64,000 bases of DNA from Tubulanus polymorphus (taxonomy: Eukaryota > Animalia > Nemertea): positions 31,290,299 through 31,354,298 of the forward strand of contig NC_134025.1 in NCBI RefSeq assembly GCF_964204645.1. Direction: 5' to 3'. Shown piece by piece: positions 48,401-62,104 of the stretch; within the stretch, counting starts at the first letter, position 1; each line of letters begins with the position of its first letter. The translations under genes were made by a program, and so were the position numbers. The notes below the pieces were generated by a model that had not been told where the DNA came from, searched no databases, and was given only the letters and a program-made list of their open reading frames with translations.

Positions 48401-51400
48401 ATAACCGGGTGTTTAGGGTGGGGTAGTGTACAGGGTGGGGTAGTGTACAGGGTGGGGTAGTGTACAGGGTGGGGTAGTGTACAGGGTGGGGTAGTGTTTA
48501 GGGTGGGGTAGTGTACAGGGTGGGGTAGTGTACAGGGTGGGGTAGTGTACAGGGTGGGGTAGTGTACAGGGTGGGGTAGTGTACAGGATGGGGTATATAT
48601 ACAGTATTACTCGGGTGTTTAGGGTGGGGTAGTGTACAGGGTGGGGTAGTGTACAGGGTGGGGTATATATACAGTATAACCGGGTGTTTAGGGTGGGGTA
48701 GTGTACAGGGTGGGGTAGTGTACAGGGTGGGGTAGTGTACAGGGTGGGGTAGTGTACAGGGTGGGGTAGTGTACAGGGTGGGGTAGTGTTTAGGGTGGGG
48801 TAGTGTACAGGGTGGGGTAGTGTACAGGGTGGGGTAGTGTACAGGGTGGGGTAGTGTACAGGGTGGGGTAGTGTACAGGATGGGGTATATATACAGGGTG
48901 GGGTAGTGTACAGGGTGGGGTAGTGTACAGGGTGGGGTAGTGTACAGGATGGGGTATATATACAGTATTACTCGGGTGTTTAGGGTGGGGTAGTGTACAG
49001 GGTGGGGTAGTGTACAGGGTGGGGTATATATACAGTATAACCGGGTGTTTAGGGTGGGGTATATATACAGTATTACTCGGGTGTTTAGGGTGGGTTATAT
49101 ATACTGTATTACACAATGTACACGAAAATACGGAATATTTCGGAGAAATATTGAGCAAACTCGCGAGTATTTTCGCCGCAGAATTGTTTTCTTAGACTTT
49201 CGTACTGAAGACATAAACAAATGATGGAGCTTTTCAGTCGGAAGCGAAATAACTGATTCGGTTGGCTGAATGCCAGGTATTCCTATGTGGAGTAATGGTA
49301 TCGGTTAGTATTGGAGTATGTAGTAGATCTACGTTACTCGTAAATCGACGTAACAATCTAAATTAACCCAGAAATCAGATTAAAACGTAAGGAATGCCGG
49401 AACGTAGCGACGACGTAGACCAAAAAAAATAAAACTCTCGAACGAAATGATGGAATTCATTATCGCGTCAATAAAATGGATTTGTATTCAACTTTGGATC
49501 TATCTTGAATACGTTTTGATTTTATCGATTTTAATTTGAAGAATCAACCGCCCACGTCACGTGTCATCAATGTTTACATTTAATTCACATATGTTCAAAT
49601 GTTTATTCAAGTTTTAATGATTTAATCGTCCCCTATATTAGATGTACTTCTACTCGTACCAGTTCTTCAACAGTAATTGCAGCATTGTTCAATATGTCGT
49701 GGGAGAATTTACAACAAATAAAGAATTCTGATCACATTTTTTTTTAGAGTTCGTAGAATTTCGCGTTATCAGATAAAAATTTGAGTATTTTTCAATACAT
49801 CGTGTGAAATATCATTTTAGTAACATTTTTGAAATATCAAATCTTTTTAATATAGCTTTTCGTTTGGAGATGTAACAGTTTCTGTGACCAGTTTCACAAA
49901 GACACATCAAGATGGCGAAATTGCCGAGAATTGAGAGGTTGTCATTAGCAACTAATCGCTTTAGTGAAACCGATATGAAAACGTTGTTTATACAGGAAGA
50001 ACAGGTGTAAATATAAAACTAGGATTAATCTTACCGTTAATACAGGGATTAGGTTGACACTCGTCGGCCTCCATTTCGCAGTCGACTCCGGTATAACCGG
50101 GTGCACATTCGCACAGATACGTCTCGAATCTATCGATACATGTCCCTCGATTCTTACAGGGAATTTCTGAGCAACTCGTGGCGTTAGATTCACAATTCCG
50201 ACCGTGAAAACCTTCTTTACAAATACACTGAAATGTTCTGCCGATATCCTGTAATGTATTAAAACATATCATACGATAAATAAACTGTTTTATTTTGATT
50301 TTAACTTTTTTTTAATTAAACTAGGGCTTCTTCGGTATTTCATCCATATATATCCATTATAAATGTATGTCCACTTTTGTACTGTTTTTCCTGTGTTTTG
50401 ATGTTAGTATTTTATTGCATGTCATTTCCTATGTAACTTGTATATTATATGGAGCAATAAAATTAAAGTTCAAGTTTCAAGTATCCCAAACATAAGTTCA
50501 TCAATAACTTCATTTTAACAGTATTTTACAAGCCAACAAAAGTTCACCCAGTCCTGGAAGTGGTTGTATAACATGCAGTCATCACACCTGCCGGTATCGG
50601 ATCGGGGTTTGATTTTGAAATCGGAAATCGAAGTGGAACATGAAATCCAGATTGTACTGCGATCTTCAGTGCTCATACACTCACTTATACATTAGTAATT
50701 GTAATTGATGTAGAACAAGAATCTTAGTTTATTGTGTAAAATAAATCGATTTCACGAAAATGAAACAGCTTGCTTCGATAGCATACACAAATACACCTCT
50801 CAAAAACCTCTCCTCTCTCTCTCTTCTCTCCCTGCCACACACCGCGTTCAAAAGGCTCTACTACAAAATAGTCACCGCCGTGACACCATGAAAAACCAGC
50901 TGATGCCACTACTGATAAGGTTATATGGTACATATAAGGAATTATTATGTGTAATACATCTGCAGAGAGGCACCGGCGATATACATTCATTATTGTTCAG
51001 CTCTGATGCAATGTATATCATCACAGATATATCTGAATGTCTTTAAGACAAATACACCGGTACTGTAGTCACTATATATAAAACATCGATATAGTGTAGA
51101 TAGATGGAGAGGAGGGAGAAGAGAGAGGGTGAGAGGGAGAAGAGAGAGGGGGGGAGACGGAGAAGAGAGGGGGGGAGACGGAGAAGAGAGGGGAGAGGGA
51201 GTGAGAAAGTCTGGTGAGAATAGATCATTAATTATTGAGTTTTGTGTATTTGTCCTCGCAATAATGTCCGCCATTTATAATGATTTCCGGTCTGAAGGTA
51301 ACAACAATTGAAGTCCCACAAATCAATCACTCATTCATTCATTCATTCATTCATTGATCGCGCAGCAGCAGACGATTACCTGACCCCGTTTACTGTATAT

Positions 51401-54400
51401 TCTACCAGTTCCAACATATCCAGAAGAAATATCGTATATAAAAGATAATGTCATCTAAATTTCAGGATTGATTTATAGACTTCATTTGGTAGTTGATATC
51501 ATCATCCAAAATATAACCATCAAATGAGTTTATACATTTGTACGCGATTGGTTGGCTCTAACCTGATAGGTATTCTAATATGTGACTGGGTCTCTCTCTA
51601 TAGAAATCGTAAAAACCGTAAATATTCCACTAATTACACATTCACTCAAAGACTGACAAAATAACCCCAAAATCCAATATTCGTGCCGACAATGACGCAC
51701 TGAAACCTGATTATAACAATCTATTTCATACAGCGAACTATCGGTTATAACGAACAGATTTTCCTGTAATCAGAAGTTCGTTGTAACGAGATTCCACCGC
51801 AATTAGAAATCCTGATGTACCGCTGTAATTTCATACCGAATACAATGAACTTCTGATCATAATGTGAACAGATTCTTCTGATTCCCTAAGATTCCTCACT
51901 TACCACACATGTTCCCTCGTTTAGACACGGACTCGAAGCGCAATCATCTTTATCTCGATCATTCTTTATTTCGCAAGTTGTACCAGAAAATCCCGGTCGA
52001 CAAGAACAGGTAAAACTTCCTCGTCCTGTGTTCAGACATGTAGCACCGTTTTTACATGGTCGATTCCTGGTACAGTAATTCAAATCTGTTCACAAAATAG
52101 AAATAGAAAAAACACACAGTTTAATAGAATTATCAGAGCGACAGAACAGCTCCACAGTTGTGAGTTAGATTTGACTCCAGTTCCACCGATTGTAACATTT
52201 GACTTTGAATCAAAATAAATCTAAATCAGTAAATTCTAACTTTAAACTCAACTTTGCCTCGAACCCATGCAGCGTGTTCCCGTGATGCTAAATTTGAGAT
52301 TACATTCATTTTCTCCTAATTTTAGACTAAAATTTAGAAAATTCATGAATGATTTTAGCTTTTAATTGAACCTCGATTTTGCATTTAAATCGTTTAAATT
52401 CGCATATAAATGTTCTGTCTTTATATTTTCTAGAATAGATTTAGCAAACGAATAGATAGTAATCGGAATGTCGTTGAACTTTCATTCAAGATACTGAAAA
52501 CAATTACCACAACGAAATAAATATCATTTTTATTTTTATATAGAAAATAAAATAACAGAAACAGCAATAAACAATAAAAGCAGAATGATAGTATTTAGTT
52601 CTCACAATGTGTTTTGACTCAGGAGTAAAAGTTATATCATAGATAGATAGCTAACAAATGTTTATTGAACTCTTTCCCAGGCATCTCAACTTGTCTTATA
52701 GCGGCGTGTGTTAATCAGGTAATGATAATAATACTGTAGGGTTAGGTTGAAGGAGGAGGGTGGAATACCCCGGTACTGAAACTCCTCTCTCCTCTCTCTC
52801 CTCTCTCTCCTCTCTCTCCTCTCTCTCCTCTCTCTCCCTCTCTCTCTCTCTCAGCCGCCGAGTGAGCGTAGTATGTTAAACTAGATATGTGATTCTTATA
52901 GTAAAAGTTATGTTTTACAAATGCAGGTGTATAGAACATGGAATTCCTGAACTAGTGTGTTTAACACAGCTTCCCCCCGGTAACATCCCCCCTCCCCCCC
53001 CCCCTCTACTCCCCTCACCCGACGTGGTAGTTGTAAATACACCATGTACAACAGCGCAATTATAACCGGTAAAGTATTTTTTCAATGGAATTTAAATATG
53101 AGTTGATGCACAGGTTGGGGTTAGGACAAAATATGCATCAAATAGAAAACGTCTGAAATTCATATTCATATATTTCTGAGAGTCCGATATGTCGTGTCTT
53201 TTTAATTCAATAATCATATTTCAATTGTGTAAAAAATTCGTTTTCGTTTCAGATTTCTGAATAGTGTTTTTTGTGTCAATATTCAAACGATTCACGCGCT
53301 CCGCTATCGAGGTGCATGAAATCAAAGCTATGTTTAATCGGTTTTTTCCAAGTATCAAATATTCGGAACAGATCGGTAGAGATCGGACATTTCCGTGCTT
53401 TCTCGTAGATTATTCTATAAACTCCCTACAGACATCATCGTTAACGATATCTGAACATTTCTTATTAAATGCATAATTCAACCTGTGTCGACCATGGGAA
53501 ATCGGGTAACCAGATATTCCCAGTTATGTCTGCGCTACATCGAGCTTTAAAACGCGATTAATTTTTAATCCAGGTGTCACACCGATATAACCGGTTGATA
53601 TACAGTATACTACAAGTAAACACGGAAAATCGTAAAATAATCCCGGTTTAAAAGAAATCCAGACTAAAATCAAGAAACGTTTTCAGTAGATTATGATATT
53701 GTTAGATAAACAAGCGTAATAAATTCGGGTAGTAATTGTACAATAAACTAGTGTCTGGTGTAAAACTCGTCGAGTTGTTGTTTTGTTAGAGTTTAATTTG
53801 ACCGTGGGAAAAACACAGTAGAAACAAATATAGAACGAGTTTATAAAAAATTCATACAATTTTCACGTGAATTATTTCTAATTTTCTCATTCGAGTCTGA
53901 ATGACGATAATTTGTCTCCAATGAGTTTCCGAAAGAAATATTATCGTGTCGTTTTGACAATTTTGTAGTTGAGCTTTTTTCAAGTTTTACCGACTTCGGG
54001 CACAAAATATCGTGTCTACATATTCCAAACTGCGGCACTGAGTGATTTCATATGTATAGTGAATCCTGCATTCAATAGTTAATTCTTGCAAATATACGAA
54101 CATGAAATAATCAAAAATATTTTCAAAAGTTTCTTACCTAAATCACACATAATTCCACCCCAGCCTTCATCGCATGTGCATTCCCAAGGTACTTTACAAG
54201 ATCCGTGGTCGCAGCCAGGGTAGGGAAGACATTGGTTACAATTTTCACCATGCCATCCATGGCGACATCTGTTCAAAACAAACATACATAAAAATTCATA
54301 ACGTTATGTGAAGAAAAATTTACGATGAGGAATTTTGTAACGACAGATGTTGGAAAACAACCAGACTTGAATACGAGAAACTGAGAATATTCAAGTCGTG

Positions 54401-57400
54401 ATCCAGATATCAGGAACCCTTCTTAACCGTTCATAATATCTGTGTCCAAATCCGTTAAATGTGTCCAAGAACGTAAATAGAGGCGCCCTCTATGTTTGGC
54501 ACCCTTCTTACCCTTTTTGAAATTGCCCGCTTCAGGCTGTTGGTACTATATGGTCAGGGGCCGGTTCCATAGACAGGAATTAGACTTAAAATCGGTCTAA
54601 GTTCTATAGCCAATCTAACAACTTAAAACCAGTCTTTAGGTTTAAGACCACTTTTGGTCTTAAGTCTCGACTATGGAACCGGTCCCAGGAGTCGACCCTG
54701 GATCAGCCGTCGACGTTGAAAAACACCGTTTTTTCTAGTTCAATTAAGCACATTGACTCCGTTCGTAGAACTTCACTTTTTATCGCTAATTGATCGATTA
54801 TTTCACATTTGAAAATACCGTGAAATAAAAAACACATTTCGAGTTGATAATAGTCGAAATATCGTCGAGTTCCTGATAGCAGAATTCTCTTTTTATCATC
54901 GCATTGCTGTTATTAGATTATCTCAAATCTGAGCTTAAAAGTATTTTTATATCCAGGCAGCAATCGCAATATATATATGAAATATGAATGCGAAATACAT
55001 CAGATGTTTTTGTATGGTTTGAGATATGAATTTTACTACGGAAGTATAATACATACACGCATACCACATCGTCTGCCGAGGGCTCCTGTTTCTATATATA
55101 CTATCAAAATTTAGAAAATATTTTCTAAAGAATTTATAAAAACCTACAGACGTTTTCGAATGCCATCTACTTTTAGCATCATTTAACAGAACAAAGAAGG
55201 TATTTTCGATAAAGTAATGCTACGAAGTAAACCTGATAGTATAGGTTCAGGTAAACCTGATAGTATAGGTTCAGGTAAACCTAGGTTCAGATAAACCTGA
55301 TAGTAAAGGTAAACCTGATAGAAAAGTAATATATCATATATATATAGGTCACCCTAGTCTCGGTCGGCAGGTGGTTGTGACTAGTCTTTTAGCGATCAAG
55401 ATGAAATTCAAGGGTCGTTTCACCAGATGTAGACTTTAGTATATTAAAGACGCCCTTTGAAACATATGTAGATGACATCTGAACAACATTTTACAAACAT
55501 TATCATAATAAACGGTTAGATTTTATTTTCTTTTTTTCCCAATAAGAATGTTATCAGAATGTACTTGATTTGTCTAACAACTGGAGCAAATAATTTGTCT
55601 CTTAACTGGAACAGTTCAACAATAATTGCATTAGTCGCTATAGTGACGATTATCGAGGTTTTTATCTTCTAAATGCATTGAACAATTCGTCAGAATATTT
55701 AGGAAATTAAATCTATCTTAAGTCTCTACTCTCATTCTAAAAGTCACCGCTAGATGAGATTCTGGACCTTTCAGCACAGTTGTGACTTAAAAGACTGAAT
55801 TTACGATGTTGAATTAGCTAAAGAACTAAAGCTGGTCTCAAGACTCACAGCAATAACTACGCAACTACTGGTCTTCTAAAGATTTGGCGCCAATACAATC
55901 TAAGACATATCATACAGACTAAGATCTTATCTATTGAAAGTTTCATTGAGGAATATCCAAGCGCCAAAAGATACAACAAGACACCCCTATATCTCTATGT
56001 ATAAAACTATCAAATAAAGTAAACTGTTTGTATAGAATTAAGAAAGGATTTAAACAAACTGTGAATGTCTTCACAAAGAATTTTATCCTCGATAAAATGT
56101 TTACAAAATATCACCGTAAAATAAAGTGTATTTATACAGAGCTAATATTGAATCTGGTTCACATTTTGTAAGGGTCTGCTGTTTGATCTCTGAAGGGTTA
56201 GTTGTTGCTAACTACGACTCTCCCTCTCTCTCCCCTCCCTCTCTCTCTCCCTCCCTCCCACTCCCTCTCCCCTCTCTCCCCTCTCCCTCTCTCTCTCATG
56301 CTCTTACCTGCATTCATTCGGTTGTTCACAGTATCCATTGCGAGGGTTACAACCAGGAAGACAAATCGCTACAAATAGAAAAACAATTACTTTTAGATAT
56401 AAATCAACTTTATCGGTTTGATTATTTGAATGCATATCCTTAATTAATATCGATAATTAAATATAGCTGCAAAGCAGCGATAACGGGTTTTCTGCGGCAC
56501 AAGGCATTTTCATTATCTGGGAAATTGTTTACTACACCACCTAGTTGTCAAGTAAAGTTTATGCACGTCCCCAAAAGTTCGAAGTCCTAAATAATGTTTT
56601 GTATTCCTATGGGAATTTGAAGTATCGATGAGATTTAGCTATCTCGAAGAGGGACCGAGCTTTTTGATATCTCGACGATAGTTTCGCTATCTCAGTGGGA
56701 TTTTGATATCTCGAGAAGATTTTGATATATCAGCGAGCTTTTTTTTTTAAATTTTAATGAGATTTATATATCGAGCGCTGATAGTCGACGCGTTGGGATT
56801 ATATAAAATAGGGATAAAAACGGATTATCAAGCACTAATCCGGTAAAGCAGATGTGATATTGTCGCAGCATCCATTATCGGAGACTGGTTTTATCGATTA
56901 TTCAATCTCGTATAATGATAGTCTGGTCGTGTTATAGTATCGTAGTAACGTGGAGAGTGCCTTACACAACAGCAATAAATATAAACTGTCACTTGAACTT
57001 CTAAAAAAACACTGTTTACTTATTATCTGAATTTGCGATCTCGTTAGGTCTACCCCTTGTGGTTATTTGCTTATCTTCAAATCATCAGTATCAACGAAAC
57101 GCGCGCTGAAAACACTTCAGAAAAATGGAGTCTCATTTCTTTATAATAAGACTTTAAAGCAATCTTTCAATATAGTATAAAATTGATTATAGAAATTGAT
57201 GATTTAGCCCAGATGCCCCGATCTGTACAGGTCCTATTAACACCGATTTCACTGGCAAGTTCTACCTAAACTGACTGAGTTATAACAACTGTGACGTCCG
57301 TTCGAACAAGCTGAAACAGACATTTTATCCTCGTATTTTCTCGTTCCTTTGTTCCACACGAATATTCAACAAGGTCGTTATATTTTTAAATGCGGCTCGT

Positions 57401-60256
57401 ATCGTAGTAACACAAGTGTTGCATACGTTCTGAGCGGATTTATCCAAACGGCCGTGAAATTAGACAAAAAATAAACCAAAACATTTTCGATTCGTGACGA
57501 ACGTTAAACTGCGGCCGATTACTTAGTTAAATCTACGCCTTCTATTCAAATATTTCAATCAACCGTCGCTAAAAAAAACCAAACCACCATCTGACCAATA
57601 TATCTAACCATACACTATCAAACCTCGGGGCTATATATAAAAAATCTGTCCACTAAATGAGTCATTGTGTATTGGTATTCATGTGTTTGATAGTAAAGTA
57701 TATATGAAAGGATTCTGTTGACCGAGATGCATCGAGTCATTCTGCGAACTGAGGGACTGATTTCATATGTAAATATACGACACGCGACCAACCTCTCATC
57801 TTTCTTAATCTGTTGTGTCTGTTGCGGTCATTTATCGAGAAATTTGATTTTAATTCAAACTGGCGACGAGTCACTGACAACGAGTTTGAGGGGACAAAGA
57901 CAATTTGTATCTGACTGGTTATACGGGATACTATGTACTTTAAGCCGTATCACGTTCAGGACCCAGGTTGTTAGGACCAGTCTAAACTCATTTTCATTCT
58001 ATAACCGATCTAACAACTTTAGACCACTTCTGTACTAACTGATGAAATCCCGGGACTAGCTGCCCAAAAGTTGGTTAGAGTTAACCAGTGGATAGTTAAC
58101 AACGTGACGATTAAAAGTCCATTATTTATATAGTATTAATCCACTGGTTATCTTTCACCAATTTTAGAGCAACTGCAGACTATGTTTTACCATTCAGAAC
58201 AATTCCATAAATTCCGCAACCTAGCTGAATAATTAACTCTTACCTTTATCACAATACTGGCCTTGCCAACCGGGCAAACATATTCTCCTGCCCGATTTAT
58301 CACATTTATAATATCCAAATTTATCTCTACGTGGGACGCATTTAGTTTCGCACGAATCCCCGTAATAATGTTCAGCACACACGACACGATAAGCGTACTC
58401 CAAACGGCTACCGTTCGTCTGCGACGGGTCGGTGTGGTTAAACATGCTCCACTGCTGTCCCACGGGCACCGACGTTTGGGTAGCCGACCTCAAAATCAAC
58501 TGCCCTGATTTACCTGAAAATTGAAAGCAGAAAAAAATGTAATCCGAATTACGTGTGCGCGCCCGAGTTAGAAAATCATAATATTTTTCCTAAGGCTCTT
58601 AGAACAAAGAAAGGATGTTAATTTTTAACGAAGGGATCTACGTGATATTGACTTAACCAGGAATCTATAACCGAGACCCCCCTCCTCCCCTCCCCTCCCC
58701 TCCCCGCCCGCCCGCCTGAACAGTGATTTCTGTTGTTTTTGTTACGAGTTTTGTTATCATCGAACATTTGGAGACAATCTCGTATGTTGTACGGACACGT
58801 GCGAGGATCTAACCGACTTTTAACTCATGAACCACACACAAAAAGAGAACCGTCATGATTGAAGCTGAGTTGAGTTCACACAGGTAAAATACACTCGAAA
58901 CAGCATCCCTGATTTTATATTGAAAGGTCCCTCGTGTCGGAAAGGACAACAAACAGGGCGCTTTCCCGTTACTGTCAAAAGGCGCTTCCATATTTGATTT
59001 ACCCTAAAAATAAAGTGCCCTATGTCAATTTTAGTCTCAGATATCCATCCATCCCTCTCCCTCTCTCCTCTCCCTCTCTCCTCTCCCTCTCTCCTCTCTC
59101 TCTCTCCCTCTTCTCTCTCCCTCTCTCCTCTCTCTCCTCTTTCTCCTCTTTCTCTCCCCTCTACTCTTCAGGCTGCACTTTTACAGCGATATATTTTTTG
59201 TGGTTTTGAACGTATACAATTTTTGCATACACACGCACACACGCACTCAGTGAAGACTCTGACATGACGACTGCAGGCATGCGATATACGGCAGCAGTTT
59301 GGCCGAGTTTAGCACCTGGTTACGTCCTATTAAACCCGACAACCCGTCCAATATAGAACCAGTCTCTCAGACATAACAAAAACCACGCTCTCTTCACTAT
59401 ACATCGCATACCACACTATGAAAATAGTTTTAAACTTTTTTCAAGAATGTTCTCTTGCCGTAGTCAGAGAGAATGACTCAGGTATTAACAACCATCAACT
59501 AGATTTGAAGGTTCGTTGCTAATAGAGGCAATTACTAAGTATTTACTGGAGGCCTGGAACATATTTCCAGTTCTGTTCTCACGCAATTGATAACTTTACC
59601 AGATGGCTACCGGAGCTGCTCGGCGGGACACGACGTGTTGGTCACAACATCGCGGTCAAAATGACAAAATCTTTTTAAATCGAATTCTTGAATTCTTCGT
59701 AAAATTGAATGTTATCATTATTACAAATGGTGCTACGAAGCAACAGATGTTGCGGCCTCGATAAACACGGGGCGGGGATTCATCGAGTCCATCTTCATTC
59801 AAACTCGATATCAATAAACGCGCCATAAAAACCTGAATGAAATAAATACTTAACTTCCTTCGCGCCACAAGGCATCGAAATCTTCGCTTTTCAAATTCAA
59901 AATATAACTTAGCTTTTACTATGAAACAAGAAATCTTTCAATAGCGTTTTATAATTTCCGGAGCCCATCTGTGATTCATGGCACGTGATGGTCTATAGCC
60001 AGTAAAACCCGAGCTCTATATCGTCCATTTCGATGACACTGGGTCCTTCACTTAGTAAACATTGCAAACACAAACATATGAAAGACTTGAAAATACACAC
60101 ATTGTGACGACTTCGACTTTACTGATTATTCGAATTTTCGCAACTTTTTCAAAATCCACGAAAATTATACTCGTCTCCATTCTGCTAATTCTCATCTCGT
60201 CTAAAACACGAGTATTTTTAATCGCGTGATGGCTATAACTAGTTATCTAAGAGTGA

Positions 60257-60293
<37 letters not shown>

Positions 60294-62004
60294 CACTCGC
60301 TGTCAATCAAACAATGTTAGGTATAACATAGCGCGTAAATACAACCAACAAACAAAAACAACTTCAACAACGTAATTATAAAAAATACATCGGTAACTTT
60401 TGTTTTCACGCTGAAATCACCTCACGACACAGTGACCCTGAACCCAGTTTTAAAATGACCCTGAACCCAGTTTTAAAGTGACCCTGAATCCAGTTTTAAA
60501 GGGACCCTGAACCCAGTTTTAAAGTGACCCTGAACCCAGTTTTAAAGTGACTCTGAACCCAGTTTTAAAGTGACCCTGAACCCAGTTTTAACATGACTCT
60601 GAACCCAGTTTTAAAGTGACCCTAAACCTAATTCCACAGTTCTGGACCCAGTTTCACAATTCTGGACCCAGCTCCACAGTTCTAGACCCAGTTCCACCTG
60701 GAATCAGTTCCACACTCAGTTCCACACTGGCCCCAGTTTAGTAACTGTGGAACTGGGTTCAGTAACTATGGAACTGGGTTCAGTAACTATGGAACTGGGT
60801 CCACCAGTAACTGTGGAACTGGGTTCAGTAACTATGGAACTGGGTTCAGTAACTATGGAACTGAGTCCAGTAACTGTGGCACTGGGTTCAGTAACTATGG
60901 AACTGGGTTCAGTAACTATGGAACTGAGTCCAGTAACTGTGGAACTGGGTCCAGTAACTGGTGAGCCTAGTGACAATCAGACTGATCTATGTACGGTTAT
61001 GAACACTTACCATCTCGCGGACTGAGGCTATCGTTACTGCTGTGATACGCTTCAATTATTAACGTAAAAGTGCCCTGAAAATAAAAATCCATTTTAACGA
61101 TCGATGATGTCACATAGTAACGGTTACCATTAGATACTGATTTGTAGAAATCGAACGAGAACATTGCGAGGAAAGAAACGATCGATAAATCTACGATAAG
61201 TAAATTTTCCTTCGTAACTGATAAGTTTTTTAAGGTAAGTCGTTGGTAATAAGGTAATTTTCTATGCTTATATGTCGTGTAATATGTTCAATATTTATTG
61301 ATTGAATATTGAATTATGTTGTACAGTTTCCCGCAGCTGTTGTGAGAGAGAGAGATATATATATATATAGGTTTAAACCACACTACGCGACACGGCACTA
61401 TAGCCCCTACCTCTCTACTACTACTGACACTGTCTCTCACTCTCACACACTCATCACTATACCGAGTAAAACTCGCGCCGAAATTCAACAACTTACCGGC
61501 CAGCTAAATTGGAAGGAGAACTTAATCGGGTTCTCGAAACCTGTCGTCAGATTATTGTTTGTATTTATTCCGAATGAATTTTCTCCTAGAACCGGAGTCG
61601 TGAAAGATCCGAAAGTACAGGGCGATTTTAGAGATATCTTCGCCTGGTATTGTTTCAAACACACGTAAAACATGGTCCGACAAGTTTGAGTACATTTTCT
61701 GTCTTTTTTTATTCCGCCGCAACAATGTCCTTCCGAATTAATCCCTTGTTCGTTAAAAAATGACGTTAAACGTAACTCAAACACTCCGTTACACGTTACC
61801 TACAATGTAATTAACGTAAACGTTACAAATAACACGTCGTTTTACAAATATTAACGCGTAAAATCTACGTTTATGACGTCAAAAATTGATGTCATTTCGT
61901 AAAAATGATGACATAATACAAACCTTATCTATTAAAGATGTAACTAGTAAGGTCCATATGATTGTCCTGCCAAATGCCGTTTTTCCCGGCATTTTGGACC
62001 GCAT
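36559..62004 (-). CDS. Delta: Notch ligand Delta (Delta-like protein, about 826 aa): signal peptide, MNNL, DSL, 9 EGF repeats, TM, intracellular domain with PDZ-binding ATEV
   Basis: Exons (minus): 62004-61924, 61799-61497, 61074-61011, 58513-58244, 56368-56308, 54268-54138, 52085-51904, 50248-50035, 44831-43832, 36733-36559; all GT-AG with consistent phases. Motifs [115 protein letters not shown]. No vWC domain, so Delta rather than Serrate/Jagged. The join to the last exon across a 7-kb intron is inferred from phase and the SVY...ILATEV ending. Confidence 0.94.
37553..37797. repeat. GA-rich tract ending in (GGGAGA)n
   Basis: About 23 hexamer copies at 37655-37797, preceded by degenerate GA repeats. 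Confidence 0.95.
38866..38958. repeat. (GGCT)n microsatellite
   Basis: About 22 tetramer units with one interruption. Confidence 0.95.
40980..41150. repeat. Degenerate array of AGAACTGTGGAACTGGGTCC units
   Basis: Same motif family as 32371-32569 and 60632-60962. Confidence 0.65.
45001..45127 (+). mobile_element. tRNA-derived SINE head or tRNA pseudogene followed by TTAGGG-like repeats
   Basis: Pol III A box TGGTCTAGTGG (45008-45018) and B box GGTTCGAGTC (45051-45060); acceptor and anticodon stems mismatched; TAGGGTTAGGGTT runs at 45071-45127. Confidence 0.55.
45381..45426. repeat. (CAG)n microsatellite
   Basis: About 15 copies; similar runs at 31496-31520 and 60259-60292. Confidence 0.95.
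45792..45870. repeat. Inverted repeat / hairpin
   Basis: GTCGTCGACTATCTGCGGACTAA...TTAGTTCGCAAATAGTCGACGAC, 23-bp arms with 2 mismatches. Confidence 0.7.
46858..49110. repeat. 2.25-kb G-rich 17-bp minisatellite in Delta intron 8
   Basis: Unit GGGTGGGGTAGTGTACA; from ~47935 it is interspersed with a longer variant GGGGTATATATACAGTAT(TACTC/AACC)GGGTGTTTA. Confidence 0.97.
51729..51801. mobile_element. Tc1/mariner (pogo/Tigger-like) MITE remnant
   Basis: TA-CAGCGAACTATCGGTTATAACGAAC...GTTCGTTGTAACGAGATTCCACCGCA, imperfect inverted ends resembling pogo-type TIRs. Confidence 0.5.
54555..54688. mobile_element. MITE family A, best-preserved copy
   Basis: CAG-GGGCCGGTTCCATAG...CTATGGAACCGGTCC-CAG: 15-bp TIR with 1 mismatch and a 3-bp direct CAG duplication. 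Confidence 0.8.
55228..55321. repeat. Short 24-bp tandem repeat with internal hairpin
   Basis: AAACCTGATAGTATAGGTTCAGGT x2 plus partial copies. Confidence 0.75.
60432..60630. repeat. 23-bp minisatellite x~8.5
   Basis: Unit GTGACCCTGAACCCAGTTTTAAA. Confidence 0.92.
60632..60962. repeat. Foldback array of 20-21-bp units
   Basis: Forward GGACCCAGTTCCACAGTTCT units up to ~60738, then about 10 inverted CAGTAACT(A/G)TGGAACTGGGTT units. Confidence 0.85.
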
Positions 62005-62104
62005 CTTTGGATGTTGCGTGTGACTCTTCCAATATCCACTAATGATGATATTGGCTTTCTTCCCAACAGCCTCGCTGTCGAGTCGTGGCACCCTTGATGT
62101 TAGA

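Noticed and set aside
48790-49195. ORFs with repeated [13 protein letters not shown]
   Set aside because: Translation of the 17-bp minisatellite.
59656-59868. ORF with a good acceptor as candidate Delta exon 3
   Set aside because: No MNNL similarity; the true exon ([11 protein letters not shown]) is at 61011-61074 and joins exon 4 in phase.
60716-61025. ORFs with repeated VTMELGS / IVTEPSS
   Set aside because: 21-bp repeat array in Delta intron 3; only 61011-61074 is a real exon.
43828-62004. Serrate/Jagged or Notch receptor identity for the EGF-rich gene
   Set aside because: Only 9 EGF repeats, no vWC, LNR or ankyrin domains; MNNL-DSL architecture with an ATEV end indicates Delta.
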